Shown: positions 38,167-49,379, counted from the first letter of the stretch. The stretch is 64,000 bases of DNA from an uncultured delta proteobacterium (GCA_963841435.1 CAWJCS010000005.1:1088001-1152000), one strand, 5' to 3'. The notes: a model not told the origin generated them from the sequence alone. Translations and numbers: made by a program.

Positions 38167-39273
38167 ATGAAGATCCCGTTCATGCGGATCGACCGCCAGT
38201 TCGCGACGCTGCGCGCGGAGGTCATGCCTCGCGTCGAGGCGATTCTGGAGAGCGGGCGCGTCCTGCAGAGCCCCGACATCGTGAAGCTCGAGCAGCGGCT
38301 CGCGGGGCTGCACGGGCTTTCCGACGGCGTCGCGACGAACAGCGGCACGGACGCCTTGATGTTCGCCATCGCCGGGCTCGGGTTGCCGCCCGGTAGCCGC
38401 ATCGCGGTCACGTCGATGACGTTCATCGCGTCCGCCTCCGCCATCGTCCACAACGGCTGCATACCGGTGTTCGTCAACGTCAACCCGGAAACCATGCTGA
38501 TGGACGCGGCGCAAACGCTCGACCTGATCCGCGCGCGTCGCGTCACGGCCGTCGTTTTGGTTCACCTGTACGGCCAGCTCCTCGAGCTCGACGAGATCGC
38601 GCGCGAGGCTCGAGCCCACGGCGTCAAGCTCGTCGAGGACGCGGCGCAGGCCATCGGCGCGACACGGCACGGAAAGCCGCCCGGCGCACACGCCGACGTG
38701 ACGTGCCTCAGCTTCGACCCGACCAAAGTCGTGGGGGCGTGCGGCTCGGGCGGCGCGCTCGTCACGAGCGAGAAGATCATCGCCGACAAGGCGCGCCTGC
38801 TCCGCTACCACGGGCACGCCGGCAATCGCGTCTACACGGTGCCCGGTTACAACTGCCAGATGGACAGCCTGCAGGCGGCCATCATCGACGCCAAGCTCGA
38901 CCACGTCGATGAATGGCAAGCACGCCGCGCGGAGATCGCGCGCGCGTTCGACGCGGGCCTCGCGGGGCTTTCCGGCATCGCGCGCGTCGTCACGCTGCCG
39001 GGCAACGTGCACAATCACCACAAGTACGTGCTTCACGCCGAGCGGCGCGACGAGCTCGTCAAGCACCTCGCCGAGCGCGGCGTGCAGACTTCCATTCACT
39101 ACAGCCTGCCCCTGCATCGCCAGCCCTGCTTTGCGCCATTTTCGGAGGGTGTCTCGTTGCCGAAGGTCGAGGCCGCCGCGGCCGACATCGTGTCGCTGCC
39201 GATGTACGCAGAGCTCACCGACGACGAGGTTTCCCACATCGTCGGCGCGACGCGCTCGTTCTACGGCGGCTGA
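38167..39273 (+). CDS. DegT/DnrJ/EryC1/StrS aminotransferase
   Basis: NSGTDAL, VHLYGQ, EDAAQA, SFDPTK and SLPMY. Confidence 0.93.
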   Translation: MKIPFMRIDRQFATLRAEVMPRVEAILESGRVLQSPDIVKLEQRLAGLHGLSDGVATNSGTDALMFAIAGLGLPPGSRIAVTSMTFIASASAIVHNGCIPVFVNVNPETMLMDAAQTLDLIRARRVTAVVLVHLYGQLLELDEIAREARAHGVKLVEDAAQAIGATRHGKPPGAHADVTCLSFDPTKVVGACGSGGALVTSEKIIADKARLLRYHGHAGNRVYTVPGYNCQMDSLQAAIIDAKLDHVDEWQARRAEIARAFDAGLAGLSGIARVVTLPGNVHNHHKYVLHAERRDELVKHLAERGVQTSIHYSLPLHRQPCFAPFSEGVSLPKVEAAAADIVSLPMYAELTDDEVSHIVGATRSFYGG

Positions 39274-39951
39274 TCGCCCGCTCGCTCGAGCTTCGCTGCC
39301 CATTCGATGCCGGCGGCGAGGTGGGCCAAGAACGCCGGCTCGTCGAAGAAAGCCGCTTCATGGCCGAGGCCCGTGTAAAACGCCCGGGCGCGTCCGACCT
39401 CGTGGCACCACGCGATCGGGTGGTCGCCGCCCATGCTCGCGTCACCCGGAGCGTAGCTCGACTCGTCGAGCGACAGCAGCACACGCACCCGTTGGCGCGG
39501 GCTTTCGTCGAAGGCGTACCATTCGTCTTCGTGGCTGAACGAGAGAGGGAGCCCGTGCGTCGCCGGATGCCCGGCATCGTCCACGACGACGGTCGCCGCC
39601 TGAACCTCCGGGTGCGCCCGGAAGCGTGCACCCAAGAGACGGCCGAACAGCGGCCAATCGTGCGCGGTATCGGCGGCCCCGTGGATCCCGACGAAGCCAC
39701 CGCCTCGCCCGACGAACCGCTCGAACGCGCCGCGCTGCTCGGGTGTGAGCACGGCGCCCGAGGTCGAACAGGAACGCCACAACGTCCAGCTCGGCGAGCC
39801 GCGCGTCGTCGAACGGCGCCGGATCGTCGCCGGTGCGAAGCGCCCAGCCGCGCGCGATGGCGAGCCGGGTGAGCGCCGAAACGGCGGTGTCCGTCAACGC
39901 GTGCCGATAGCCGAGCGTCTGCGTGAACAGGAAGACCGACGGTCCGCGCAC
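39261..39951 (-). CDS. ThuA domain protein (1-nt frameshift near 39768)
   Basis: FTQTLGYRH joins GGGFVGIHGAADT, DEWY, DHPIAW and FYTGLGH. Confidence 0.85.
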
Positions 39952-39953
39952 GC

Positions 39954-40847
39954 TCAGATCTTGCCAGCTCGACGCAGTCGCTTGGCCAGGCGCCGGCCCG
40001 CGTCTTCGGCTGCCGGATCGAGGAAGCGCACGTGGAAGTGCGTCGTGTGACCCCAGGCGTGCCGGATCAGCGTGTCCTTGTGTGGCGGCGATTCGAACAG
40101 GTGGTCCACGAAGTCCGCGGGTTCGCCGCTTGCCTTCGCGTAGTCGCGCAACAAGCTCTGGATCGAGCGATCCATGAACAGGTATTCGACGCCGCCGTCG
40201 GCGACGAGCGCCTTGACGAGCGCCCAGGTGAGCCGCCGGTCGAGATTCTTGGCGGTCGCGCGCGTGTACCACTTGGCGGGCGGGTCGTAGAAATAGCCGA
40301 CGTCGGCGTCGAGCCCGAGCTGGTGGCTGCGGTGGGGCCGGAGGTAGCCGCCGCGGCGCCGGCTCAGGTCGCCCACGAGCACGTCGGGCGCCTCGGGAAA
40401 CTCCTCGTGCAGCCGCCCGGCGGCGTCCTCGAGGAAGCGCACCGTCGCGTTCGTACCGAAGCTGTTGTCGTCGTCGACCATGACGCGGAGCCCCGGCATC
40501 GAGCGCAGCTCGACGCCGTTGATGAGCCGACCTCGGTTCGGTCTGCCGACGCAGATGGAGCCGAGCGACGCCGGGGGATCGAGTGCCACGCGATCGAGCT
40601 CGGTGCGCGAGAACGCGTCGAGTGGATGGCGCGCCGGCCGGATCACGATGGGGTCGAGCGCGATGGGACCGCTCGGCGCGGGCGCGTCGTCGGGCGCGAT
40701 GCCGAGCACGGGCGGCGCCGCCGACCGGGGAGCGGGCAGCTCGGGGGCGCGAGGCGACCGCCGAGAGCCCCCGGCGTTCAGCGCCACCGCCACGGCGCCC
40801 AGGGACACGACGACAGCGAGGCTCGAAGCGCGCAGCCCGAAAGACAT
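39954..40847 (-). CDS. penicillin-insensitive murein endopeptidase (MepA family), second paralog
   Basis: GRPNRGRLING, GDLS..GG..PHRSHQLGLDAD and HTTHFHVRF. Confidence 0.85.
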   Translation of the reverse strand: MSFGLRASSLAVVVSLGAVAVALNAGGSRRSPRAPELPAPRSAAPPVLGIAPDDAPAPSGPIALDPIVIRPARHPLDAFSRTELDRVALDPPASLGSICVGRPNRGRLINGVELRSMPGLRVMVDDDNSFGTNATVRFLEDAAGRLHEEFPEAPDVLVGDLSRRRGGYLRPHRSHQLGLDADVGYFYDPPAKWYTRATAKNLDRRLTWALVKALVADGGVEYLFMDRSIQSLLRDYAKASGEPADFVDHLFESPPHKDTLIRHAWGHTTHFHVRFLDPAAEDAGRRLAKRLRRAGKI

Positions 40848-40995
40848 GCCAACAACGACCCTAGCGCTACGCGACCCGCCCGGCAACGCCCGACGCCGCT
40901 CTTCGGTCCCACGTCGAGACGGGGCACGCGGCCTTTTTGCGCTTCGTACGCGCTTCGCAAGCTCTGAATTTTTGCAAGTGGCGCGGACGGCGCGC

Positions 40996-41971
40996 TCAGA
41001 ACCCGATACCGACGTTCAGGGAAATCTCGGTCGGGTACAGCCGCTGCGTCGAGCAGCCGGGTGAGACCGTCGAATCGTACGCGTACGGACAGCTTTGGAA
41101 GCCCACGGGAAGGACGTTCTGTGCGACGCGCGCATCGACGTAGAGACGCGTCGAAACGTCGCGGAAGAACATCATGCCGCCCTGTACGTAGCCCGCGAGG
41201 TTCGTCACGTCCGACGACATCAGGCGCGGCAAGATGCCGAAGCCGATGTACGGAGCCGACACGTCGTGCGTGAGATAAAAGCTTGCCCCGATGTCCGACC
41301 AGAGCCCGCCGTAGGCGAGATCCGATGTCGCGCCCGCGGGAACGGTGAAGCCCACACCGACCTCGAGGAAGTGGTTGTCGCCCTCGAGCTTCAAATCGAA
41401 TCCGAGGCTCATCTGGCTGCGGACACGTTTGGTCCAACCAATCGGGTAGATGAAGCTGCCCTTGAAGCCGGCGACTCGCGAGCTCGATACGCGGCGCGGC
41501 GCGATACCCTCGTTGGTCGTGACGTTGTCAACGCCGCGTACCTCGCGCACGTTCTGCTTTACGGTCAGCGCCTTGGCGAGGCGGTCGCTCGCTGGCTCGA
41601 ACGTCGTCGAGCCCCGACGCGGTGATCTTCGCGGAGTGAATCATCCTGCCGTTGGCGGCATAACGCGTCGCCGTGATCACGATGCGTGAATCCAGCCGCA
41701 CCGCGGTGACGTACAGGTACTCGGTGGCCTGGACTTTTCGGGCGACTTCTTCGTAGCTTCCCCCCTCGGCGAGCGCCTGCTTCACGCGGGCGGGCGGCAC
41801 GACGCGGTCCCTCGCTTCGATCTGATAGGCGGCCGCAACCATCTGCCCGATGGCGTCACCCTGCGCCGGCTCCAGATTCGTGGATTCGACCGGCAGCACC
41901 ATCACGGCGGCGAGCGCGCGCGGAACCCAAGCCAGCATGGCAAAGCCCAAGAGCAAGCCCTCGATTCTCAT
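40996..41971 (-). CDS. exported hypothetical protein, probable outer-membrane protein (1-nt frameshift near 41600)
   Basis: Signal peptide (ALA). Removing one T joins the frames as DDVEPASDRLAKAL. Beta-strand-rich C-terminus ending VGIGF. Confidence 0.7.
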
Positions 41972-42128
41972 GCTCACCTACTAGGCAACTAGCGGGCCAG
42001 GCGCGGGGCCGAGCAGCTCCTCGCGACTTTTTCGACGCATCTTCATCGATCCTGCGACCGGGGGCTTGTCGCCGCGGGCTCACACCGTGATCTTCGTGCC
42101 ACAGTGGGAGGATGTGGGTCGGCCCGGG

Positions 42129-44411
42129 CTAGCTCGGCAAACCGAGCGCCGGCACAACCTGGGTGATGCGCTCGCGCTCGGCGTCGCTGAGGCGAAAGGC
42201 AACGGCGACGCGCGCGTCGAGGGCCTCCTGTGCCGCGGCATCGACGCCGGAGGCGCGACTCGAGAGCTCGGCTCCGAGGCGCGAAAGCTCCTCGACGAGC
42301 GCGGGCGAGGGGGGACGAGGCGTACGGCGAAGGTGCTGCACTTTGAGCTGCGGCATGCCGTGCCGCGCGTCGCGATGGCGGACGTAGTGCAGCCAGCGAA
42401 TGGGAGTCGAGTTCAGGTACGCGACCAGGAACGTCGCCGGGTAGTCGGCGTCTTCGAAGCCTGCCAGGAGCGAGTTGCGGAACGCCACACCATCGGAGAG
42501 CGCGGCGAGCGGAGCGCGGGCCGTCTGTCGGACGACGAAGCGCACGCGCTCCCACTGCGCAGCCGAGCGCAGTCGCGAGCCGAACCAGCCTGGATCGGCG
42601 AACTGCGAAGGGCGGCGCAAGCGGAACGCCTCGATGTCCGCGCCACTCCTGAGCGGTACGGTGTGACGCTCGTCGGGGCAACCGGCGAGGTGAGTCGTGT
42701 CGTCACCCATGGACTGCAGGCCGCGTTCGCCGAACAGACGAGCAGGCAGCGGCTCGAGCGACAGCTTCTCGATCAGCGCGAGCGCGAGCGCGTCGAGGTC
42801 CGGCCGCTCGATCGGCCACGCCCGCTCGGGCACGTCGTAAAGCGGGCTCGCGCGACGCGTGGAAGCGAGCACCATGCAGGGCTGAAAGACGCCCTCGAAC
42901 CCGGCGTCGCCGAGATCGGCCAGCGTGGCGTCCGGCTCGCAGAGTCGGTCGTGCGCTCGGCGCGTCGGGGCGTAACCCGAGAGCTCGGACATCGAGCTCG
43001 GTAGCAATAGCCCGAGGCGACCGCCCGGGCGCAGGAGCGCGGCACTGCGCTCGACGAAGAGGCCCTGCAAGTTTCTGTACCCGGAGAAGCTCTCGAAGGC
43101 GCCGTAGGCCCCACGCAGCGGCGGCGCGAGGGGTTGCGCGGCGCGTCCGACGTACGAGATCCACGGCGGATTGCCGACGAACGCGTCGAAGCCGCCTCGC
43201 TCGACGACCACCGGTGAGAACGTCGCGCACCAGTCCACGGACGCCGCCGAGCGGGGCGCCGACGGAGCGGGCGAAACGGACGCTCTTGCCACGGTCGTTT
43301 GCGCGCGTGCCCTCGCGGCCTTCGGCGGCGTCGTCACCTTCGAGGTCAACGCCGCAGGCGGTCCGAGAAGCGACTCACCGACCGCCAGCCTGCCGCCCAT
43401 GAAGTCGAGCGGGAGCGCGCGGTCTCCAACGGCGAGCCAGAGTGCGAGCGCCGCTATCTCGACGGCCACAGCGTCGCGATCGACGCCGAACAGGCAGCTT
43501 TCGGCGACGCGCCGCCGGGCCGCGCGACGCGTCGCTTCGCTCGGCCGAGTCCCCTCTGCGGCAAGCAACCGCTCGGCAAGGAACCGGCACGTCGAAACGA
43601 GGAAAGCCCCCGTGCCCAGCGACGGATCGCACACCCGGAGCGCGAGGATCTCACCTGACGACGCGCCACTCGCGACGAGCGGGCCGAGCGCCAGGCCGAC
43701 GACGCGATCGGCGAGCGCGCGGGGCGTGTAGTGCGACCCCGAGCTTCGCCGACCCGCCGTGCTGCGCACGAGGGCGCGCCCGCTCGGAACCAGGCGCGCT
43801 CGTGCGCGCCTGCCAACGCTGAAGGCTCGAGCGAGCGCGTCGAGGTCGCGCGCCGCAGCGATCGCCCTGATCGTCCTCGGCTCCAGCGAAAGCCCGGCCG
43901 CCGCAAGCTTGCCGCAGCGGTCGGTGCCGGGCACTCGGACCAACGCTTCGAGCTTCACGGCGATCTCGGTGGCCGCTCCGCCCGCGGGCCGCTGCGAGGC
44001 GACGACTACCGTGAGCTCGGTCGCTCGTTCGACCAAGACCCCGAGCGTTCCCTCGTAGACACTCCCGATCTCCTCGGGCCCGAAATCACCGTTCGAGATC
44101 GCGGCGGTGCGACGAAGCGTCAACAACACGATACCGGCGGCCCTCGCGCCGTCCCGCGCTTCCCAAGCACCCGGGAAGAAGCGCGCGAAGGCTTCCTCGA
44201 GCGGCTCTTCGGCCAGACCCTCGTGTGCCGCCGCGAGGACGAACGCGGCACGCCCGACGGCGCGGGCGAGCGTTTCGCGCACTGGCTCGGTCCTCGCGTC
44301 GAAGAACCCCTCGAGCGCGCCTCCAGCCACCCCGAGCTGGTCCACGAGCGCTTCGAGCGCGTCGAGCCCAGCTGCTGCGAGGGCGGCGCTCCGCTGGGGC
44401 ACGCGTGCCAT
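42129..44411 (-). CDS. N6-adenine DNA methyltransferase, Eco57I/type IIG-like, no recognisable nuclease domain
   Basis: IGSVYE, RRSSGSHYTP, motif I DPSLGTGAFL, FGVD, motif IV GNPPW and TRD-like YLNS. Confidence 0.85.
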   Translation of the reverse strand: MARVPQRSAALAAAGLDALEALVDQLGVAGGALEGFFDARTEPVRETLARAVGRAAFVLAAAHEGLAEEPLEEAFARFFPGAWEARDGARAAGIVLLTLRRTAAISNGDFGPEEIGSVYEGTLGVLVERATELTVVVASQRPAGGAATEIAVKLEALVRVPGTDRCGKLAAAGLSLEPRTIRAIAAARDLDALARAFSVGRRARARLVPSGRALVRSTAGRRSSGSHYTPRALADRVVGLALGPLVASGASSGEILALRVCDPSLGTGAFLVSTCRFLAERLLAAEGTRPSEATRRAARRRVAESCLFGVDRDAVAVEIAALALWLAVGDRALPLDFMGGRLAVGESLLGPPAALTSKVTTPPKAARARAQTTVARASVSPAPSAPRSAASVDWCATFSPVVVERGGFDAFVGNPPWISYVGRAAQPLAPPLRGAYGAFESFSGYRNLQGLFVERSAALLRPGGRLGLLLPSSMSELSGYAPTRRAHDRLCEPDATLADLGDAGFEGVFQPCMVLASTRRASPLYDVPERAWPIERPDLDALALALIEKLSLEPLPARLFGERGLQSMGDDTTHLAGCPDERHTVPLRSGADIEAFRLRRPSQFADPGWFGSRLRSAAQWERVRFVVRQTARAPLAALSDGVAFRNSLLAGFEDADYPATFLVAYLNSTPIRWLHYVRHRDARHGMPQLKVQHLRRTPRPPSPALVEELSRLGAELSSRASGVDAAAQEALDARVAVAFRLSDAERERITQVVPALGLPS

Positions 44412-44483
44412 GACCGCACTTTATCGTGCCGGGCCAGCGGGCGGCTGCGGAGACTTGACGAGAGCGGGCGATTGTCCGAACTA

Positions 44484-45137
44484 GTGGACGTGTTCCGTTA
44501 CCTGGCCGTGCCGGTCGCGCTCGCTCTGGGCCTCCTTGCGTGCCCGGCCCGAGCACAGGAGTCGGACAACCAGGCGTGGGACGGCGGCTTCGACCTGAAG
44601 GCCGAGCGGCGTTCTAACGTCGTGCTCGGCTTTTCGGGGGGGCTCGTCATGGGAGGCGCGTCGGGCTACCCCAACGAAATTGCGAAGCTCGGCGACCCGG
44701 CCTACGAAGCGAAGACGGGGTTCGGCGTGGGCCCCGGCGGCGCGTTCTGGATCGGCGGCGCGCTCACCGACTGGTTTAGCGTGGGTGTGGGCGGCATGCT
44801 GCTTGGCGTGCACGGCAAGTCGGGCGATGGCTCGGGCGGCGCCTTCATCCTGCGCGTCGAAGCCTTCCCGCTCTACCTCGAGGGCGGAGGGCTCCGCGAC
44901 CTCGCTTTCTTCGCCGTGTTCGGCGCCGGCGGCTACACCGTTCACGGTGAGATGGGGCGCCGCGGCGAAGGCGGATTCACCTCCGTCGCGGGCCTCGGCA
45001 GCGCGTATGAGCTCTTTCGCTTCGGCCCGATTTCGATCGGCCCGAACGCCGAGTACGAGCTCATGCGCAGCCAGTCGGCGACCGCCCACCAGGTCACCCT
45101 CGGCGCGCGGGTGCTCTACTACGGCGGGCCCGGCTAG
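44484..45137 (+). CDS. exported hypothetical protein, probable small outer-membrane beta-barrel
   Basis: Signal peptide (ARA-Q) and Gly/aromatic amphipathic strands. Confidence 0.7.
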   Translation: MDVFRYLAVPVALALGLLACPARAQESDNQAWDGGFDLKAERRSNVVLGFSGGLVMGGASGYPNEIAKLGDPAYEAKTGFGVGPGGAFWIGGALTDWFSVGVGGMLLGVHGKSGDGSGGAFILRVEAFPLYLEGGGLRDLAFFAVFGAGGYTVHGEMGRRGEGGFTSVAGLGSAYELFRFGPISIGPNAEYELMRSQSATAHQVTLGARVLYYGGPG

Positions 45138-45188
45138 CTTCCCGCACACGATCCTCGAACGAGCTTTCCCCGGTGCTAGCCTGTGGGC

Positions 45189-47060
45189 ATGCCGTTCCGC
45201 AGCACCACGACCTTCTCGGGTCGCAGCATGGCCGGCGCCCGCTCCCTGTGGCGCGCCACGGGCATGGCCGACGCCGACTTCGAAAAGCCCATCGTCGCGA
45301 TTGCCAATAGCTTCACGCAGTTCGTGCCCGGGCACGTGCACCTCCACGACGTGGGGCAGCGCGTGAAGACGGTCATCGATGCTTCCGGCGGCTGGGGCGT
45401 GGAATTCAACACCATCGCCGTCGACGACGGCATCGCGATGGGCCACGGCGGGATGCTCTACTCGCTGCCGAGCCGCGACCTCATCGCCGACAGCGTCGAG
45501 TACATGGTGAACGCGCACGCCGCCGACGCGCTCGTTTGCATCTCGAACTGCGACAAGATCACCCCCGGCATGTTGATGGCCGCGATGCGTCTCGACATCC
45601 CCACGATCTTCGTTTCCGGAGGGCCCATGGAAGCGGGCAAGCTCGTCGGCACCCACGATCGCGACGGCAAGCCGCTGATCCGCAAGCTCGACCTCATCGA
45701 CTCGATGATCGCCGCCGGCGACGAGTCCGTGAGCGACGAGGAGCTCGGGCGCATGGAGCGCTCGGCATGCCCGACCTGCGGCTCGTGCTCCGGCATGTTC
45801 ACGGCGAACAGCATGAACTGCCTGAACGAAGCGCTCGGGCTCGCGCTGCCCGGTAACGGCACGCTGCTCGCCACGCACGCCCGGCGCTGGGAGCTCTTCG
45901 AGAGCGCCGGCAAGCGCATCGTCGAGCTCGCGCGCCGCTACTGGCTGGACGGCGATCGCAGCGCGACTCCCCGCGGAATCGCCACTTTCGAGGCCTTCGA
46001 GAACGCCATGACGCTCGACATCGCCATGGGCGGCTCGACGAACACCGTGCTCCACCTGCTCGCCATCGCAAAGGAAGCGGGCGTGCCGTTCGAGATGAAG
46101 GACATCGACCGCCTCTCGCGACGCGTGCCCAACGTTTGCAAAGTCGCCCCGTCCTCGCACCATCACGTCGAGGACGTCCACCGCGCGGGTGGCATCCTCA
46201 GCATCCTCGGCGAGCTCGATCGCGCGGGGCTCGTGCACCGCGACGTGCGCACCGTACACGGCGAGAGCATGGGGCACGCCATCGACGAGAACGATCTCCG
46301 CAGTGCCACGGTGACCGAGGCAGCGAAGGCGCGCGCGCTCGCTGCGCCCGGCGGCGTGCCCACCAAGCTCGCCTTCTCCCAGGACAGGTACTTCGCCGAG
46401 CCTGACGTCGATCGCGAGCGTGGTTGCATCCGCGATCTCGAGCACGCGTACAGCAAGGACGGCGGTCTCGCCGTCCTCTACGGCAACATCGCGGTCGACG
46501 GCTGCATCGTGAAGACGGCGGGCGTCGATGCGTCGATCCTCACTTTCGAGGGGCCCGCGCGCGTCTTTCACTCGCAGGAAGCCGCCTGCGACGCCATCAT
46601 GGCCGATCAGGTCCACTCCGGGGACGTCGTCGTCATCGTGTACGAGGGGCCGCGCGGTGGCCCGGGCATGCAGGAGATGCTCTACCCGACCTCGTTTTTG
46701 AAGGGAAAGGGCCTCGGAAAGGCCTGCGCGCTCGTCACCGACGGTCGCTTCAGCGGTGGCACGTCGGGCCTCAGCATCGGCCACGTCTCGCCCGAGGCCG
46801 CCGAGGGCGGCGCGCTCGCGCTCGTCGAAGAGGGCGACCCCATCCGCATCGACATTCCCAAACGCACCATCGATGTCATGGTCGACGAGGCGACGCTCTC
46901 ACGCCGCCGCGAAGCCATCCTGAAGCGCGGCAAGGACCCGTTCCGTCCAAACCGCGATCGCGTCGTGTCGACGGCGCTCAAGGCGTACGCGCTCATGACG
47001 ACCAGCGCCGCGCGCGGCGCCGTGCGCGACCTCAGTCAGCTCGAGCGGAAGAAGAGCTGA
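45189..47060 (+). CDS. ilvD: dihydroxy-acid dehydratase
   Basis: [36 protein letters not shown] and TDGRFSGG. Confidence 0.98.
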   Translation: MPFRSTTTFSGRSMAGARSLWRATGMADADFEKPIVAIANSFTQFVPGHVHLHDVGQRVKTVIDASGGWGVEFNTIAVDDGIAMGHGGMLYSLPSRDLIADSVEYMVNAHAADALVCISNCDKITPGMLMAAMRLDIPTIFVSGGPMEAGKLVGTHDRDGKPLIRKLDLIDSMIAAGDESVSDEELGRMERSACPTCGSCSGMFTANSMNCLNEALGLALPGNGTLLATHARRWELFESAGKRIVELARRYWLDGDRSATPRGIATFEAFENAMTLDIAMGGSTNTVLHLLAIAKEAGVPFEMKDIDRLSRRVPNVCKVAPSSHHHVEDVHRAGGILSILGELDRAGLVHRDVRTVHGESMGHAIDENDLRSATVTEAAKARALAAPGGVPTKLAFSQDRYFAEPDVDRERGCIRDLEHAYSKDGGLAVLYGNIAVDGCIVKTAGVDASILTFEGPARVFHSQEAACDAIMADQVHSGDVVVIVYEGPRGGPGMQEMLYPTSFLKGKGLGKACALVTDGRFSGGTSGLSIGHVSPEAAEGGALALVEEGDPIRIDIPKRTIDVMVDEATLSRRREAILKRGKDPFRPNRDRVVSTALKAYALMTTSAARGAVRDLSQLERKKS

Positions 47061-47244
47061 ACGCTCTCGACACCGCCTGTCGGCGCGTGTCGCAGCGAGT
47101 GGTCGCGTGTCGTGAAAGCCACGACCAATCCGGCGCGCACGTTCGGTTTGTCGTACCCGCATGTAGCCTGCATGCTATTTTGCAGGTACTCGGCAATCGT
47201 TTCTTTGGAGGCTGCCGAGGGTTCTCGTCGAAAGGGAGTGGAGC

Positions 47245-48504
47245 ATGCAACACCAGCACAAAAGAGGCCTTCGCATCTCCGTGGTGCTCGGCGCCGCGGC
47301 CGCCACGGCCGGCTTGTCTTGGGGCTGCGGCTCGGACGCCGACAACGCGCCCACCGGTGGCGCGCTCGGAGCACGCGGCGGCTCCGGTGGCTCGGGCGGC
47401 ACCATCGGTGTCACGGGCGGCTCGGCGGGTAAATCGTCGGGCTCGGGCGGCAGCATCGCGATTGGCGGCACGGGCAGCGGGGCCACGGGCGCAACCGGCA
47501 ACGTCGGCGGCATGATCCCGCCCGATGCGGAGTGCGCTTCCGTCTCGCGTCAGAGCAACAAGGCCGTCGTGGCGTTGCTCTTCATGGTCGATGTCTCGGG
47601 CTCGATGTACTGCACCGTCCCCGAGCCGAACCCCGACCAGCCCTGCACGGGCCATTCGAGCAGCCCCGATCAGGGCGCAGCGAGCTGGCGCTGGAACGAG
47701 GTGGTGCCGGCGCTCAAGGACTTCTTCAGCTCGCCGTCGAGCTCGGGCATGTGGGCCGGCATCGATTTCTTCTCCGGCGACGTGAGCTGCGACGCTGCCG
47801 ACTACGAACAGTCCAATCCCGAGATCGCCCTCCTGCCGGGCGCCGCCACGGCCATCAACGCCGCCATCGACCAGCAAGATCCGTCCGGCCAGACACCGAC
47901 CGTGCCCTCGCTCGAGGGCGCCACGCGTCACGCGCAAGCCTGGGAGGCGGCGCATCCCGATCACCAAGTCGTCATCGTCTACGCCACCGACGGCTACCCG
48001 CAGGGCTGCGGCAACGGCAACAACATCGGCAACGCCGTGCAGGTCGCCGCCGACGCCTACGGCGGGAGCCCCAGCATCCCCACGTACGTGCTCGGCGTCG
48101 GTCCGAACCTCGACGACCTCGATCGCATCGCCGCGAGCGGCGGCACCGACCAAGCGTTCCACATCGACACCTCGAGCGCGAACGTCACGGCCGCGCTGAC
48201 CGACGCCTTCAACTCCATCCGCAGCAACGTCGCCGTCGACTGCACCTACAATCTCCCCTCGCCACCCGCGGGCCAGACGCTCGATCTCCAGGCCGTCAAC
48301 GTGAACTACACGAGTGGCACGGGACAAGAGACGCTCGTCGGCTTCAACGCGAGCGCCAACTGCACCGAGGGCTGGCAGTACGCGAACGGCAACACGCAGA
48401 TCGTCCTTTGCGGCAGCACCTGCGACACCGTCAAGGCCGACCCCGGCGCCAAGATCGACGTAGCATTCGGCTGCACCACGATCGTCGTCGACGTCCCGAA
48501 GTGA
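47245..48504 (+). CDS. von Willebrand factor A domain lipoprotein with Gly-rich linker
   Basis: SWGC lipobox, MIDAS motif DVSGSM, TPT, ATDG and a Cys-containing C-terminal domain. Confidence 0.85.
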   Translation: MQHQHKRGLRISVVLGAAAATAGLSWGCGSDADNAPTGGALGARGGSGGSGGTIGVTGGSAGKSSGSGGSIAIGGTGSGATGATGNVGGMIPPDAECASVSRQSNKAVVALLFMVDVSGSMYCTVPEPNPDQPCTGHSSSPDQGAASWRWNEVVPALKDFFSSPSSSGMWAGIDFFSGDVSCDAADYEQSNPEIALLPGAATAINAAIDQQDPSGQTPTVPSLEGATRHAQAWEAAHPDHQVVIVYATDGYPQGCGNGNNIGNAVQVAADAYGGSPSIPTYVLGVGPNLDDLDRIAASGGTDQAFHIDTSSANVTAALTDAFNSIRSNVAVDCTYNLPSPPAGQTLDLQAVNVNYTSGTGQETLVGFNASANCTEGWQYANGNTQIVLCGSTCDTVKADPGAKIDVAFGCTTIVVDVPK

Positions 48505-48524
48505 ACGGCGGCCGCGGGGCGGCG

Positions 48525-49379
48525 TCAGCCGGGCTGAGCGAGCGCGCGTCGAAAGAACTCGGAGTGGACCGCGAGCCGCTCGACGTATTCCTCGATCGCG
48601 GCCCGCGCGCGGCTCGAGAGGCGGCCGAGCGGGACCACGTGCTCGTCCGGAACGTAGCGAAACGTGAAGTTGACGCGCCGCGTGCGAAAATCCGCGAGCT
48701 TCGGCGGTAGCTCGAGGCCCGCGCGGCGGTCCACGCGCTGGACGCGGTGCAGCGTCCGCTCCTTGTATGCCGGCCCGGCGAAGAGCTGCAGCGAGCCGTC
48801 GTCGAGCCACTGCGAAAGCACCGGCTCGTCGCGCTGGCCAATGCGCCGCGAAATCACGAACTGGAAGAGCGCACGCTCGCCGAGCGAGAGCGACGCCACG
48901 GGGCCCGGTTCGAAGTCACGGTGCTCACCGACGCGCGCCGAGTCGACCCAGCGGCCCTCTTCGAGCCGCCGGCCGTAGAAGTTGACGAGACAGGTATTGA
49001 GGCGAAAGCCGGGCGGCACGTAGCGCTCGGGAAAGAGCCGTCGCGCACGCTGCTCGGCGTCACGGGCGATGCGCGCGAGCACGGGCGGGAACGGCTCCGC
49101 CCGAACGCAGCGCTCCCGCGTCCCCCGCGGCGGCCGATAGTAGTCGAGACAGGCGAATTGCCAGCTCCCGAGCCAGTACACGGGGCGCAGCAAGCGCCGC
49201 TGGGCGCGTCCCGCCGGGGGCGCGCCGGCGTTCGGGTAGCGGTACTCCCAGATGGGGTACACGGTCCCGAGCCAGGCGAGGATGGCCTCGCGATCGGCGC
49301 GCGCGAGGTACCCAGGCTGGTACACGTGGCCGCCGGGATCGAGCGGGCGTGGACGCGGGTGCACGCGAGTTTCTACCAC
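48525..49379 (-). CDS. AlkB-like 2OG-Fe(II) dioxygenase
   Basis: CLVNFY, HxD (EHRD), VASLSLG, distal His (LHRV) and RVNFTFR. The start codon is uncertain. Confidence 0.85.
   Translation of the reverse strand: MVETRVHPRPRPLDPGGHVYQPGYLARADREAILAWLGTVYPIWEYRYPNAGAPPAGRAQRRLLRPVYWLGSWQFACLDYYRPPRGTRERCVRAEPFPPVLARIARDAEQRARRLFPERYVPPGFRLNTCLVNFYGRRLEEGRWVDSARVGEHRDFEPGPVASLSLGERALFQFVISRRIGQRDEPVLSQWLDDGSLQLFAGPAYKERTLHRVQRVDRRAGLELPPKLADFRTRRVNFTFRYVPDEHVVPLGRLSSRARAAIEEYVERLAVHSEFFRRALAQPG

Noticed and set aside
42129-44411. BREX/DISARM or complete restriction-modification system
   Set aside because: Only the methyltransferase is present, and the neighbours are unrelated.
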